DNA of 64,000 bases, taken from positions 429,361 to 493,360 of the forward strand of contig NMRA01000262.1 of NCBI GenBank assembly GCA_002633005.1, given 5' to 3'. Under the pieces are notes generated by a model, which ran no database searches, had not been told where the DNA came from, and saw only the letters and a program-made list of their open reading frames with translations. The stretch's first letter is position 1, and each line of letters begins with the position of its first letter. The stretch comes from Phoronis australis. Its lineage: Eukaryota > Animalia > Phoronida. This document shows positions 50,459 to 64,000 of the stretch, piece after piece. Both the position numbers and the translations under genes were made by a program.

Positions 50459-50524
50459 CATGGGCGGCGCAGAACTGAAAAGGTGGGGCTATAGCCCCCA
50501 GACCCCTATTGTGCGCCGCCCATG
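50459..50524. mobile_element. 66-bp micro-MITE
   Basis: Perfect 13-bp TIR CATGGGCGGCGCA / TGCGCCGCCCATG with 5-bp TSD TGACC. Confidence 0.8.
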
Positions 50525-50529
50525 TGACC

Positions 50530-51420
50530 TACTCCAAACTATGAAGACAGGCACTCAAACCGACGCCGTGGTGCTGGACTTCTCCAAAGCTTTTAATAAA
50601 GCATCCAAGACTTGGAGATGATCAGATACTACAGTGTAAGGGGTCTCACCCACAATTGGACCCAGTCATTCCTATCTCATATCACGCAGAGAGTCGTCGA
50701 TGGCATCGAGTGCCTCACGGCTCTGTCGTCGCTCCTGCACTCTTCGTACTCTATTAACAACCTTCCACACTTCATTCTTTCAAATGTCTTTCTCTTTGTC
50801 GATGATGCAGTCCTCTGTAGACCTATTGCTTACCCCCATGATTGCCAAATACACCAGAAAGACTTAGACTCCTTAGCCTCCAGGGAAAAATCCTGGAAAT
50901 TGGACTTCAACGTTTCCAAATGCAATATTCTACGTGTCCACGGAAAACGTTCCCCCATGATATACAATTACATTTTTCACAACGCATTGCTCAAATGCAT
51001 AAATCAAACCCCATACCTTGGGGTCGCTCTTACCATTAATTTATCATGGAAAACTCACATAAACACAATTACCTCTACGGCTAACAGATCGAACTCTTGG
51101 GTCCATTAAACGCAACCTCAAATACGTTTCTCGTGAAACAAAAGCTCAAACGAATTATTGTTCCTCTGTCTAGGGTGCCTCCACTCGCTCCAGTATTGAC
51201 AAGATAGAAAGAATACAGCGTACAGCAGCAGGTTCTTCATAAATGACCACCTCAGATACTCCTCTGTTTCGTCTATTCTTACCACCCTCACAGGACCCAC
51301 TCTTCAAGAAAGACGTGCTCAAAATAAGCTGTTCCTCATGTACAAGACCGTACACTACCTGGTTGCCATTCCCCACACATACCTTCCACCCCTACATGTT
51401 TCTGGATCACCTAATTCCCA
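50530..51420 (+). mobile_element. Decayed CR1/L2-group LINE reverse transcriptase
   Basis: QTDAVVLDFSKAF; LFVDDAVL (FADD-like); LQ/HQKDLDSL...WKLDFNVSKC; YLGVALTINLSWKTHI. Confidence 0.85.
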
Positions 51421-52109
51421 CTCTCATACCATTAAGAGAATATACACTCCATGCGCGCACCCAATGGTGAGCCCCTTCCTTTGGCGAAGTGGGCAAAACG
51501 GTCTGCCTCACTTAAAAGGCGCAAATGCACAATTCATAGATGTGAAAGTGGTCCCCCGTTTTATGTTAGTAAGAGGTCCACAGTCTCAAGACTTCGAGCA
51601 CCCTATATTTTAGGTTGGGTGCACACATGCTACACAACCCCTACTGGAACTGAACATAGAACAATCGCTGATTTGCAGGACTAACGAGTCGGGTCGTAAG
51701 CTCTACTGTGTTTTCCCTGTTTTGCAATTAAAAGAGTCGATTCAGTTTGAAAGCCAAAAACAGAAAAAAACAACGCGACCAGATCAAACCCAAGACCTAC
51801 TAAAGTTACAAATATCGTTCCCAGCAAAGTCTAGTCGCCTCGTCTGCAAATTCAACCTCTTTGAGAGAGTACGCGGAATTGACGAATATTCATTTATTCA
51901 GTAAATACAGTTTTAAAAAACAAAATGTTAACTAGAATGTTTCTCAACGTTACACGAGGTATATTGTAAACGATTACACAACAGAAAGCAAACAATAAAA
52001 TTTGAAAATGCGTCCATTCACGTTGGCGTTCTCTCTCCATAAGTTCAGTAGAAAAGGGCAACATCACTAGAAGACAGCACATTCAAATGTTGATCCGTAC
52101 CTGTTGTAG

Positions 52110-52440
52110 TGTGTCACTCAGACCTCGCAGAGTCCCACTGGGCAAGCAGATCTTCATCATCGTAAACTTTTCGGGCGGGACGGACTACGTCATCATCTAG
52201 GATCAGGTCTAACACCACCTGATTTTCTTGACTGAGTCCTACCTCCTTTGTCCTCCACCGGTTTCCTTTGCAGCTGTTTCAGTGTTGAAAATTCCTTTTG
52301 GCCTTCGTTTTTAAGCGTTTCCAAAAGTCTTTTAACTGTTTATCGTTGCGTTTTTCTGTGGCAACTGTGCTGCCAACCTGAACCCAATGTCCCTCAAGCA
52401 TGTTACCTCAGTTGGTATCACTTTTCTGGTTCTCTTGCCC
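52110..52440 (-). pseudogene. Harbinger-type Myb/SANT-like DNA-binding protein remnant
   Basis: KRNDKQLKDFWKRLKTKAK and, after a frameshift, KETGGG: the typical end of a Myb_DNA-bind_5-type domain. Confidence 0.6.
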
Positions 52441-52444
52441 GTTA

Positions 52445-54865
52445 AAGCAGTTTAAGCGAAAAACAATATAATAAACTCATTTTCTTGCGTAGTTCTCCGC
52501 CTTTTGTAACAGAAAAGTATGTCGTCGCTTTGAAATCAGTAACGGTCAAGACACACGCACGCGCCATTTCCTAAATGTTTGCGACATCTCTCGGTAGATG
52601 ATGACAGCTTGGCAGCAAAAATTGTTTTGAAATTCGGTTTGATGGTATCAAAATACTAATAAAAACTTATCATGAAGTGAAAAGAGTCCCGATAATTTGC
52701 TGTGACGTGTACGCAAACTTGCGAAAGAACTTGAATTGATTTACGAGTCAGTGAAAAAAGAATCTGACCAACAGGTGACGCAATAGTTCATGGCACACAA
52801 AAGCCGATGAAGATCGCATCACAATTTTAGCAGTAACGGTCGAACGTCAATTTTTCCATCTCCGGTAAATAATTTACTTTATTCAAGGAAGATTGTAGTT
52901 TTCAATGAAACTAGTTTTGTGTCAGATTTTATCTAGTCATTTTTACCCACATCGGCTCAAAATTGTATATGTAGTATACATCTTTGCGACTAAGGCTAAA
53001 TAAAACTTTCAGCAGTAACACAAAAAATAGCCTCCTTTTCCCCTTTCGCTGTATCACTGGAATTTTGATAACATGACATTACCTCAATTATTTTTCTCTC
53101 AGACAAAATGACGTTAGTGTCGTTTGCAGCTTCCTGCATGATAGCCTTTCCTACAGAAGTACTGACGTGCGTTGTTGCGGCTAGTAACCTCAAGTTATTT
53201 TTCATCCGCCGATGCTGCATTTGGAACACTAATCATCATAGATGCCAAAGGCTTCTAAGTTTGGATCACGGCTCGGAGAACATTCCTGAATTCTTGGAAA
53301 CGAGAGTTAAATCCGTTGATGATGAAAACGCGTTATGGCTTACTCTGGCTCACCTTCCGGTCATGGCAACCGTAAATTTGTTGTTCAAATAGTTGGGATA
53401 ACATAGCCAAATTTCTAGAAAGCAGAATCAGTTTCATAGTTTTACTCTAAGATTTTTCAACAAGAATTAGTGCAAAATGAAGTGCACGTGCTGGCCACGT
53501 GTAAATAATTTTTCTCTTGGTGTTCTAAACTCTGGTAGCGCAAATTTAAGAAACCCTCTCTCTTCATTTCCCTTTTCAAATATGATTCAGTGTTGCTATT
53601 CTGTAGCGGGTATGTCATGTCTCGGTTCACGTTGGAAATATTTGCAACACGTTGAATGTTTTTTTTTAATAATTGAAAAATAACCACCGCACGGGATAAA
53701 TGAGTGTGCATACGTGCGCGATCTCGGTATTTATAAAACTGCTGGTGTATTTTTATTCTAAAAACCCGTTCATGCGATTAGTATTTGCAGATTAGAGAGG
53801 TTTCGCAAAGCGACGTGAACGTGATTTATGACACATACGTATCTGCGCGTGCCGATTCACGTTACAGTAACAAAAATGGGTTTCGCAACAGCTAAATTTT
53901 TACGCGAACGTAAAGGCAAATGTGAACGAATAACTGAATTGAGGGTGTTCATTTATCGTAGTACATATCCGCTAGATAGAAGTAGATGTTAGATGTGAAA
54001 AAAGTCGTTCCTATGAACTCGTGCAAAAAATGGTCAGTTCTTAGAATGCGAAATTTATTTGGAGTTCAAAATAAATAGATGCATGAAAATCTAGCCAGCC
54101 AGCTGGCTGTATGAAGACTGTCGTCAAAATACAGCTAGGTACCACTGTGTGTATTTCTTCCGTAGACCCCGAAATTGCTCACAGCCAGGGTAGTTCTGCT
54201 CGTCACCTCGCCGTGAAACTTGTATCAACATGTAAAACTAAAGACCGGACGGGGTGCATGCAAAATCTGGGAATCAACCGACACTGACCTTGCCCGTTAG
54301 AGCCGTTTAAGGGAAAAACAATGCAATAACCGTCATTTTCTTGCGTAACTCTCCGCTTATTCTAACAATTAAAAGTATGTTGTCGTTTTGAAAACAGTAC
54401 CCTCGTGTCACGCGCACGCGCCATTTCCTAACTTTTTGCGACATCTCTCGGGAGATGATGATAGCTTCGAAGCAGCAAAATTTCTTCTGAAATTCGGTTT
54501 GATCGTATTAAAGTACTAAAAACTTGTAGCTAAATGAAACCAGTTTCGATAATTTGTTCTAACATCTACGCAACCTCGTGGAAGAAGAACAGTTGATTGA
54601 AGAATCTGCGAAAAAAGAAACTGGCCAATAGGTGAAGCAACATTTCATGGCGCCGAAAGCCGTCGCTAAAGATCGCTCCACACCTTTAGCAGCAGAATAT
54701 TGGTAGAACGCCAATTTTTCCAACACCGTTTAATAATTTAGTCTACTCAAGGAAGACCGTACTTTTTAATGACACTAATTTTGTGTCACATTTTATCTGA
54801 CCACTTTTTTACCCACATCGGCACAAAGCTGTATATTTAGTATACAGCTTTGTACCAAGGCTAAT
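52445..54865. repeat. Two diverged direct copies (52445-53000, 54305-54865) of the dispersed repeat seen inverted at 8570-8970 and 12790-13870
   Basis: Shared CATTTTCTTGCGTA.CTCTCCGC, CACGCGCCATTTCCTAA and ACCCACATCGGC.CAAA blocks. Confidence 0.75.
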
Positions 54866-57654
54866 GAAAATTATGCATGTAAAATTTTTAAAAACACAAC
54901 AATCCAGTCTAGTTTGATGATGTCCAGCTAACCCAGGCAGAATAACAATTTTGGAAAAAGTGCTTTCTTGCAACTAAACTTTAAGAACATTTATAGACAA
55001 AAGAATCCTGCTCATTTTATACTTAAGCAAAGAAAAAAGATTGAGAACCTGTGAAAATAATTTTTTCGATGTCTTACCTCATAGAGAGATTTCACAAAGC
55101 GACGTGTACGGGAATTATCACGCGTTATAATACCGCGTCATACATGCCATTGTTGGCTGTGACGTGATCTCCATAGTGTTTGAGTATTTTCCTATACAGG
55201 GTGTATATATATTCTACATTTCGTGAAACAATAGTATTCTTGAGAGGATCTGGATCGTCTTATTTAGTTTCAGATTAATTTTTTACGTTACTTATCATCA
55301 TCTTAGCTGAAGCATCCATCAATTGGTAACATGAATGGAAGAAAGTTTAATCAAGCAAAGACTACACTGGACAGATATCAACATCATTTTAATTCTCTGT
55401 CGAACTTCAAGAAGAACAACTGTTACCCCGAAGGAATGGAACTCAAAAAGACCCCGGCAATAGAATGTAAAAAAAAGTTTCAAATCAAATGGAATATCCA
55501 TTCTTGTTGTTCTATTTTCCTATATATATTATACATTTCGAGAAACAATATTATCCTTGAGAGGATCTGGATTGCCTTATTTAGTTTCAGATTTATTTTC
55601 TACAGTATTTTACAGGAATACAGGGAGATTCGGGTCACTTTAAACGCGAAACCTATGGCCTCATTTAATTCTTATTTTGGTTACCACTTGTTAGTGAGTA
55701 TAATGTTCCAAGTCAAAGGATCCCGACGACATGTACACCGCATTTAAACTGGAGATCGCCGATTTACGAGAGAGAGCAAATGACATATAAATTTTACTGA
55801 AATAAAAATGTCGTTTATATTGCAGTTTTGCGTCTTATTCTTCACTGCGTATATTTATGCTGGTACAATGTGGTTTGTTGAACATGCGATTATTGCGCGT
55901 CCTCGTTTAAATTTCACGTACACTGACTTCCCCTGTTGGATGGCGCAGCGCTTAAATCGACGATTCGAAATTCTAGCGAAGCGAGTGCGAATCCGGCCTC
56001 GGGTTCCCGCCAAAATGTTATTTAATGAGTTCCCACCATGCATTTTCAGTTTCCTAATATGAAATGAATGCCATAAAGTCTAACAAAATAACTTGTTTTT
56101 ATGCCAAATAGTCGCGATTTTTTTAATTTTGAAGAAAAATTAGTTATTTCCAAGTTTCTCACCAAATGATGTAAGAGGTGAAAGACGTTGGGTCACTTGA
56201 CAATTAGTTGCATTGGCGAAACGCAGCAGATTGGAAAACGAGGACGATTTTGAGCGAGAGCTAAACAATTATTATGCAAAGTAGAAACATAAGTAACGGT
56301 CCACGGATCCACCGACCACAGTACAGCCAACAAGCGGGAAGGTTGGGGGTCAGCCATTCAGAATCACGTTTGCTCTAAAAATCACATTAGGGTTGAGAGA
56401 AATTGTGTGAAATATGACACCACAGTTTGGTGGTTTTGAAGATACCAGGGTAGTCTTCTGGGAGGGCAAAATGAGACAATTTCTCGGTGCAGAATAGGCC
56501 GTTTTTAACTACATTGTCTACTGCAGTTTTTGCTTCAAACCAAACTTTTTCTGAATAATTTTGAAATCACGTGATAAGTTAATGACCTATGTGAGCAAAA
56601 AAGGCACAGACACTAAAATATCGGATACCAAGGTAACACAGGAACTGTTTCAGAGGAGGTACATTTCATGCTTGTGAAAAACCAGCAGTAAGTTATATCC
56701 TTATAGCGAAGCTGCCCGCACGAGAAACCTGTAAATACAAGAGAAAATTGCATGTAGAACACTCCATGCCTTTGAAAGTAATAAACACAAACTTTGTCAT
56801 CGCTTCACGAAGGCTTGAGAAAAGGTGTCTGCATTTTACTATTTTCAGACTGCACATTTGTGTACTTGTGTTAAAACAGTCACTAATTGTGCGCCGTTTG
56901 TACGCATTAAAATGCCGCAGTATAATACAATTAACAAAATTGATTTGCTTACATGTTTTAAATTAACACAAAAAGTTACCAATAAAATATGAAATTATAC
57001 TGGATTTCTTCATCCAACTCATTGAATACCAAACTAAAGCAATAATGCGTTAGTTGAATGACGGCTGGTCTTAAGTGCAGGTTTGCGAATTTATTTGACA
57101 CTGCCAGCCGCATCAAATGTGGTATTATTTACAAATTACCGAGAGAAACAACTTTGAAAGCTCTTGGGAAATGCAAAAGGAATATAGCGAGACATTTGAG
57201 AACCTTAAAAGTGAGGGGATTTGATATGAAGAGGTGGAACGTGTCCTCTCGCGAAGTAGTATGTCTGCCTGGGGTGCAGGTGTGCAGCAGGAGATAGAAA
57301 ATCTAGGGGATTGACTTGCCGAATCATCGTCTCAACTCTTTGCATGTATTGGCGTCGTCAAAGACACTGAGTACATCCACTGCACGCTGGAGGGGAAATT
57401 CGACAGAGTTATGAAAAATGACCAAAGATGTAAAATCAAGATTCGACGTACTGATCCGTGTGAACTCAAGTAGGAATCACTCCAGGGTCTGACCCTGAGG
57501 AATATTTTAGGAGCACGTCATACGCGCATCAGTACTTTTTTGACGCTCTGTCATTGCTTACAACTCGGGCCTTATTGCTTAACCATGGCTTATTTCAAAT
57601 GTCTTGAAGTATATGCAGTGTATACAGATTGTTAAAAATCGACATCACGACTGC

Positions 57655-58391
57655 TGTCAGAATAAATATTGATTAAGTAATTAGTAAGAATAGATCCATT
57701 TTAAGTTGCCCAAAATTTGTGCAGATGTACTTTTAAATCATGGGGTCAGACTTGTTGACATGTATTTTAACGTCAAAATCTATTTTTAGATGGTGTTTAC
57801 AACTTTGGGTTCTGGGGTCAAAGGTACTCTAGAGATTCTAGAATATTCTGAGAACAAATTGTAGCAGCCAATAATACGAGTGGATATGATCATGTGGTTT
57901 TTATTAGCCAACCACTAAATAAGTAGAATGTTATATTATGGGCTGAAATCAACAAGATAATTAGATGCGCTATAGTAGTTGAAGCATAAAGACATGCAAC
58001 GGTGTACTGAAGCAATTGTATGACAGAGCCATCTCGTGGAAGATTCTAGAAAGGATCTTGGCAAGGGCAAGGGTTAACGAACAGGAAGTTAACTTGTCAC
58101 TTGCATTGTGGGTAGTAAGATACTACCTGAAGTGTTGCGTCATCAGCCAGAGACTGTGACCAGCTTGGAAAGCAGATAAGACATTTGATCGTTTTGGTTC
58201 TTTGATTAAAGTAATCTTTAAAGAGGGCGCTAGCGTAGTTAATCTTTGTAGTTGATTACTTAATTCATAATAGGTTTCACTGGTCTAATTAGGGGTTGTC
58301 ATATAATAAATTAATTACTGGATTTGATTATTCACTCTCCATCTCAAAGCATAGCTACCTTTTAAACAAACCCACTGTCAATCATCTGACA
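57655..58391. mobile_element. Solo LTR
   Basis: TGTCAGA...TCTGACA inverted termini with 5-bp TSD ACTGC on both sides; 737 bp, non-coding. Confidence 0.8.
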
Positions 58392-60082
58392 ACTGCCGTG
58401 AGGAACAACTGATCAAAATGAATGTCATACCAACAGTGTTGGCAATATCCTGTCTGTGAAAACTTATGTTTGGTTAAGTTCATCAGTTTTGTTATGCGGG
58501 TAGGATTGCAATAGGCCGTTGGTTGTAGGGGTCGAGGTGGTTTTAAAGCAATCCGATAAAATCCTTTATCAAAGGACGATATAGATGTCTGCAATACAAA
58601 AATGAAAATGATCAAAATAACACGGTACATTTAAAATTGGTCGCTATAGGGACACTGTTTGGACTTGGTCAGCCATCTAAGATGACGCGAAGCCTTGAGT
58701 TCAGAAGTGCTCATAACTTATTTTCAACAATATTCGCTTTCAAAACACATTGACACATGTCTTTGTCTAGTAAAATGTACGATTCTAGAGTTTTCACTAG
58801 TGTTCATAATCTGTGGGAGCACCGACAACGTGGCGACTTCTGTTTAACTGATGGGCCTGTTCAACCTGTTTCTTTGGCATAGATGAAGATTTAAGTAGGA
58901 CACATTTGTAGACACGTTCCTAAAAAATAATTTAATACATTATTTTATTGTCCGGTGTTTGTGCTAATATTATGAGCAACATTTTATTTGTTTCAATGTC
59001 AACTGCGCATTCAATTGACCTTGCACACGGCTCAAAAACTTGCTTGAAATTGTTTTTAACTCATCTTTTGTTGAAAGCCAAGTTTTCTCCAAAGTGTGAT
59101 TACGTGTAACAATAGAAAACATATTTTTCTAAATTTTATGTCATATTTTTTATTCAAAATATGTAAAGTTTTACTGTCTACTTTCTTATGTCAAAGCAAG
59201 AAAAAACGAAGAATGTTAAATCGTTTAGAGAAATGGGTTATATTTAGATTGTGAAGTGTGAAGCTCCTCGAATCCTACGTTTTTACATCCTTATTATTGT
59301 TAATTATCATGCTTGTCAAATATTAGTTTAATGAGTTGCGTTTCATACTATAGTACTCAGTCGCCATGGTGACGCAATTGTGTGTCCACTTTTGCTGGCG
59401 ATTCTACATGTGTAACAGAAATGTTGTAAAACATGTTCTAAGTTACTTATTGTGCCAAAGGTTGTTAGGATCATTTTGGCTTACATGTTAATTTTCTATA
59501 CCGCGATCACTTCACTATCTTGAAATTTTGAAGCCCATTCTTCCATTATGTTTTGACATATTGCCTCTTATGATAAGTGTAACAAGTGACGAAATCGGTT
59601 TTGTGTGAAAACTAGCAAAATAATGGCATTTGTAAAAATGTTAAGTCTCAGATTAAAATGATTTTGTTTATTCAATGTAACGATTGTCAGACAGTGTAAA
59701 CGTTGCCGACGCACAAAAAGTAAAAGCTGACTGGGGGCACCTGTTAGACACATGGGCTGTCTTCAGTTCCAAATGTTACAACTGTCTCTGGTAGGCCAGC
59801 ACAAGTTAGAATCATTCAAAAGCATGTATGATGTACCGTCGCCTCACCAAACAAATCTAGTTACGCAAACTGTCACATGTCAGTTGTAGTGAAATCGTCT
59901 AAAATCATCGTAGAAAAACGTGCAAAAACTGATGAAGTCCCCTTTTTATGTGGTTACGAGACACGTCTGCAGACTCTCCGTAGCCAAGAACTGCACAATA
60001 CGTGATGGAATATCAATTTCATCGGCTGTTTTAATATTTTATTCCCGTAGTCACACAGCAATGTGATGAAATTCAGTATTTG

Positions 60083-60338
60083 AAATCACCAGCACCTCGC
60101 CAACTTTCTCAACGGTAAGTCAGCTTCACATCGTGTTTGGAGGTAAAATCACCAGCACTTCGCCAACTTTCTCAACGGTAAGTCAGCTTCACATCGTGTT
60201 TGGAGGTAAAATCACCAGCACCTCGCCAACTTTCTCAACGGTAAGTCAGCTTCACATCGTGTTTGGAGGTAAAATCACCAGCACCTCGCCAACTTTCTCA
60301 ACGGTAAGTCAGCTTCACATCGTGTTTGGAGGTAAAAT
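60083..60338. repeat. 63-bp tandem repeat, 4 nearly identical copies
   Basis: Unit AAATCACCAGCACCTCGCCAACTTTCTCAACGGTAAGTCAGCTTCACATCGTGTTTGGAGGTA. Confidence 0.97.
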
Positions 60339-62921
60339 TCATGTGGAAGGATAGTTTAAAAAGAAAGTCGTATTTGAATATAAAACGTTGGTGGGAGTTA
60401 AGTCGAGATTGGAAGTTTTAATGTGAACAATTCGCTGGCAAGCGTTAAGCTCAACATAGACGTTACTGCGGACGGTGTCAAAATTCAATTTGCAGGTGTG
60501 ACCAAACAAATGTTGTATATTTAACATTCACTGTCGGCTTTCACAAAACAAATAAAACGCATGGCATCACACGTCTTTGTCAATAGATTTACTGTCCTTG
60601 ATTATTCCTGATGCAGATTAAATAAAATTAGTAAGTGCTTAAATATGAGATTTCATGATATCATTGAAAGATCAAAAGCATAACCCGTCACCTAGATAAG
60701 GGCCTCGTATATAAAGAGTTACAGCGCAATAAAGTCAAAAGATGAAGTGGGAACAACACAAATTATGAAGTGCGTAGCTAGTTGGTATGCTTGGACACGT
60801 TATTTTGAAGAACACCCATAATAGTTTCATGCAACGTGGCGTTTCATTTTATGCACCGGTGCGCATGGTGTAAAAGCCTAACGAATTTCAGTTTTTTACA
60901 AACGCATAAAACACCTCTCACACAAGTAAAGATTAAGTTGAGACCAATTTTACGCCGCAAGAGGTCTAAAACGCTGAACTGTTGTGACGTTATGTTTTGT
61001 CGCACAAAACATACGTTGTCGCTCGGACGACAATGTATGCAGAATGCGGTCATAATTGTGACAATAAACGCGAGTTTATTCCTTCTTGAGACATTGTGGT
61101 GCTCTGTTGAATGAATGACTGTCACACTCTAAGTGTATTTAATGCCGCATTTCGAGTAGACTCCAAACCTACATGAATCTGAGAATCGTGCTCGAGGTGC
61201 TTTGGCCTTCTGTGTGGTGTCAAATGCAGAATCACGCTCAGTTGCGCTTATTTTAGTGCCCTCTAGTAACAGAACCTAGCAACTACATATCGTCTGCTGT
61301 CACTGTAAGTCAACTACTATATGGCAAGGTATCTGTTATGTAACTGTTACTCATTTATTTTTTCATTTACATTACGAAATTCTTATACCAAAAAGTTTAT
61401 AGACTTCTTGATATATTTGTTAATTAAGTTTTACTTCCTGCCTATCTGACCAGAGCCCGGTCTCTAATTTCCGTACTGACACTTCATACTCATAAACTAT
61501 CAAAAATGAGCCAAATCACGGGAAAATTGGGTGTCGATCAGCCACGTTTTAAGAATCCAAACTGCACTGAAGGGTGCCTGAACTTCCTGCTGAATTCCTA
61601 CTTCCTGATTGCAAGCAGTAAAGGTTTAAGAAAAGCCACAACTGAGCAACAATTTGGTCAAGGGGTCGCCAGTTGGGATTAAACGTTTCACTCAGAGCAA
61701 ACTCAAAAATCAACCAAATGTCAACCGTAGCCTTCATATGCAGCACAAACCAACCCAACAGGCGTCAATCTGTATTCATGTTATGCGGCTCTAAAAAACT
61801 GCTGAGTGCCAATGCACGACTGATACACTGTGCTTTCCACTCGCGTGATGTTGTTATCTCATTTTTCTTTTCCGAAACTAGGTTACAGGAATTCTCTTTT
61901 CGTTTACGGTTTTAACTGCGCAAAACTCAAGTAAGCTCCGTCTTCTTCTAAATTCCTCATTGTATTTTGACGTAGGTAAAGTCCACTGGCGATTTTATGA
62001 CATGTTCAATTGTCTAAAACTTGTTTTTTCGTAGTTTAAATTATTAAAGTTCGTTTCGACCACGATGTGAATCTAGTGGTGAGAAGTGTATTTCATGACC
62101 TCTGCACTTAAGTTGCTTAGGGTCAACAGAAAGAGTGAGCATTAACAAAGATTATCCGCATATATTCATTAATGGAGCACAGGTTCACGGACAACTTCAG
62201 CAACATGTTGAGTAGTTTTTATTTCCTTTTTGTTCTCAAAACGACATTACATATACGAAATTGAATGTGTGATAACTATGGAACTCAACCAATATGGCAA
62301 TGTCGTCACAACTTGCGGTCCACATCAATTCTAAGCAAAGTCACCAGGGAGTTCACGGCGGCTGACGTCACTGTCGTCAAAGGTTCCTAAAATTGTAAAA
62401 GATATGCACTCAAGAAGAAACGTATAGTGGACCATAACTTACAATTGATAACTAACCCAATTTTCAGTTTATCTCAACACTTCTCATAGAATTGTTTACA
62501 TTTGTTTTCAAACTCAATGCAGAACCATGTTTGCAAAGCCTTGTGTTATGTCATGGTGTTTAAAAATATCCATGTTTACATAGCGGGGAATCCTTTCCAA
62601 AATGTTATTCGTTGTTCCACACGTTTGTGTCGTGGGTTTTGGAACTGCCTTAAAATAAGTCTAATTGAACTGACCTCTTGGAAATACACGGATAAGTCAC
62701 CTTGCAGTGAATTTTGAGAGCGTGTACTTTAAATTCCAGGGAACACGGGACCTGGATCACGAATATTATTTATTGCAAAGTCGTCACTAGGACACTAGGA
62801 AAGTGTCACTTAGTAGATAGTTTAAACATGTTCTAATGTTTGATTTGACTGAGTTGTTCAGAGAAAGAGCGATTTTTAATCTAAAAATTCTACATGTCTG
62901 GAAATTTTTCACTGGCATTCA

Positions 62922-63277
62922 TGTGTGACACTAGATACTCAATGTGTGACACTAGATACTCAATGTGTGGCACTAGATACTCAATGTGTGGCACTAGGTA
63001 CTCTTCTTCTTCGTCTTCTTCTTCAGCGTTCCCGGCCATGTAGCTTAGATAGTCTAGTCTTTTGGGCGAAGTCTGCAGTTCGCCGCAGTGATGCCGTCGG
63101 GCCCCACAGTTTTACCTTGAGTTCCACCGGACTGAGCCATGTACTCGATGTGTGGCACTAGATACTCAATGTGTGGCACTAGATACTCGATGTGTGGCAC
63201 TAGATACTCGATGAGTGGCACTAAGGTACTCGATGTGTGGCACTAGATACTCGACGTGTGGCTCTAGATACTCAATG
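62922..63277. repeat. 21-bp minisatellite interrupted by a LINE 3' end
   Basis: TGTGTGGCACTAGATACTC(A/G)A units on both sides of 63004-63140. Confidence 0.9.
63004..63140 (-). mobile_element. Severely 5'-truncated LINE (I/Ingi/Nimb-like) with (GAA)n tail
   Basis: TSD GTACTC (62998-63003 and 63141-63146). Minus strand reads WLSPVELKVKLWGPTASLRRTADFAQKTRL followed by GAA repeats. Confidence 0.75.
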
Positions 63278-63425
63278 CAGAGGTTTAAATAATTCCCATC
63301 ATGCATTTTTTAGTTTTTGAGGTTTCAGTTAGCTAATATGAAATGAATACCATAAAATCTAACTAAATAACCACTATTTCTGCCAAATAACCACGAATTT
63401 AATATTGAAGAACATTTGGTTATTT

Positions 63426-63570
63426 GTAAGTTTCCCACCAAATGATGTAATGGGTGGAAGACGTTTGGTCACTTGATAATCAGTTCTAATGGCGAAACAG
63501 AGCAGATCAGAAGACGAGGACGATTTTGAGCGAGAACTGGACAATTTTTATGCAGACACAGAAGAGAGGT
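63426..63570 (+). repeat. Dispersed repeat with an acidic ORF start (second copy at about 56150-56285)
   Basis: AAGTTTC.CACCAAATGATGTAA...ACGAGGACGATTTTGAGCGAGA shared; reads MAKQSRSEDEDDFERELDNFY. Confidence 0.7.
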
Positions 63571-64000
63571 GATACGGGAATCACACTCAAGTACTTGAAG
63601 AATCAGACAATGAAGTTGATTTCCCACTGAGCGAACCTTTGTCGGGTTTGAGGCCGTATGAAGTCGTCCCACTTGCACGAGAAATGTTGCAGACAGATGT
63701 GAGACACAACCAATTGGACCAAGAGGTGGTTAATTTCCACGGAGTAGACACTGGCAAGGGCCACAGAAAACCTGGGCCACTCGTGTCCAATATTGCCATG
63801 ATGGAGCATCTTCTGCACAATGCCAGCCTACCGTGCGTGTCGTACCAGTCGATCTGGGCCAGAGTCGAAGGCCTGGCATCATGCGCTCTTGAATGGAAGC
63901 GGTTTGTTCCTTATTTACAAAATTTGCAATACACTTACAAGGTATTGAGTCCTCATCATAACGCCTCTTTGTGTTTGGTCGAAACACGACTTTGAGTTGT

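Noticed and set aside
52101-52197. Gene B counterpart of the DEDIC exon
   Set aside because: The DDEDL similarity needs a frameshift, and the segment is continuous with the Myb/SANT transposon relic.
55935-56010. tRNA gene
   Set aside because: Only degenerate A- and B-box-like strings with no cloverleaf; at most a decayed SINE head.
60083-60338. CRISPR-like array
   Set aside because: No variable spacers; it is a plain tandem repeat.

Overview
Eukaryotic, AT-rich, repeat-dense DNA, most consistent with a marine invertebrate (lophotrochozoan-like; inference from the repeat families). There are no rRNA, tRNA or CRISPR loci. The host content is two tandem, minus-strand, multi-exon paralogs about 45 kb apart, reconstructed by hand from GT-AG sites and exon phases. 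Gene A (6111 to <466) has Asp-rich DxDxDGxxDE repeats, one TM helix and a long disordered tail. Gene B (>46875 to about 33400) has a TM helix, a disordered tail, a helical region and a C-terminal domain resembling the dynein heavy-chain microtubule-binding domain, with no motor exons seen. Together they suggest a membrane-anchored, motor-less dynein-MTBD protein family. The rest is transposon debris: two deleted Kolobok elements (THAP plus KolX), ISL2EU-like elements, two Helentron-type HINEs whose internal satellite carries a CTCF-consensus motif about every 145 bp, Penelope fragments with a mutated hammerhead ribozyme, LINE remnants, a solo LTR, MITEs and minisatellites. All domain calls are by eye, without database searches.
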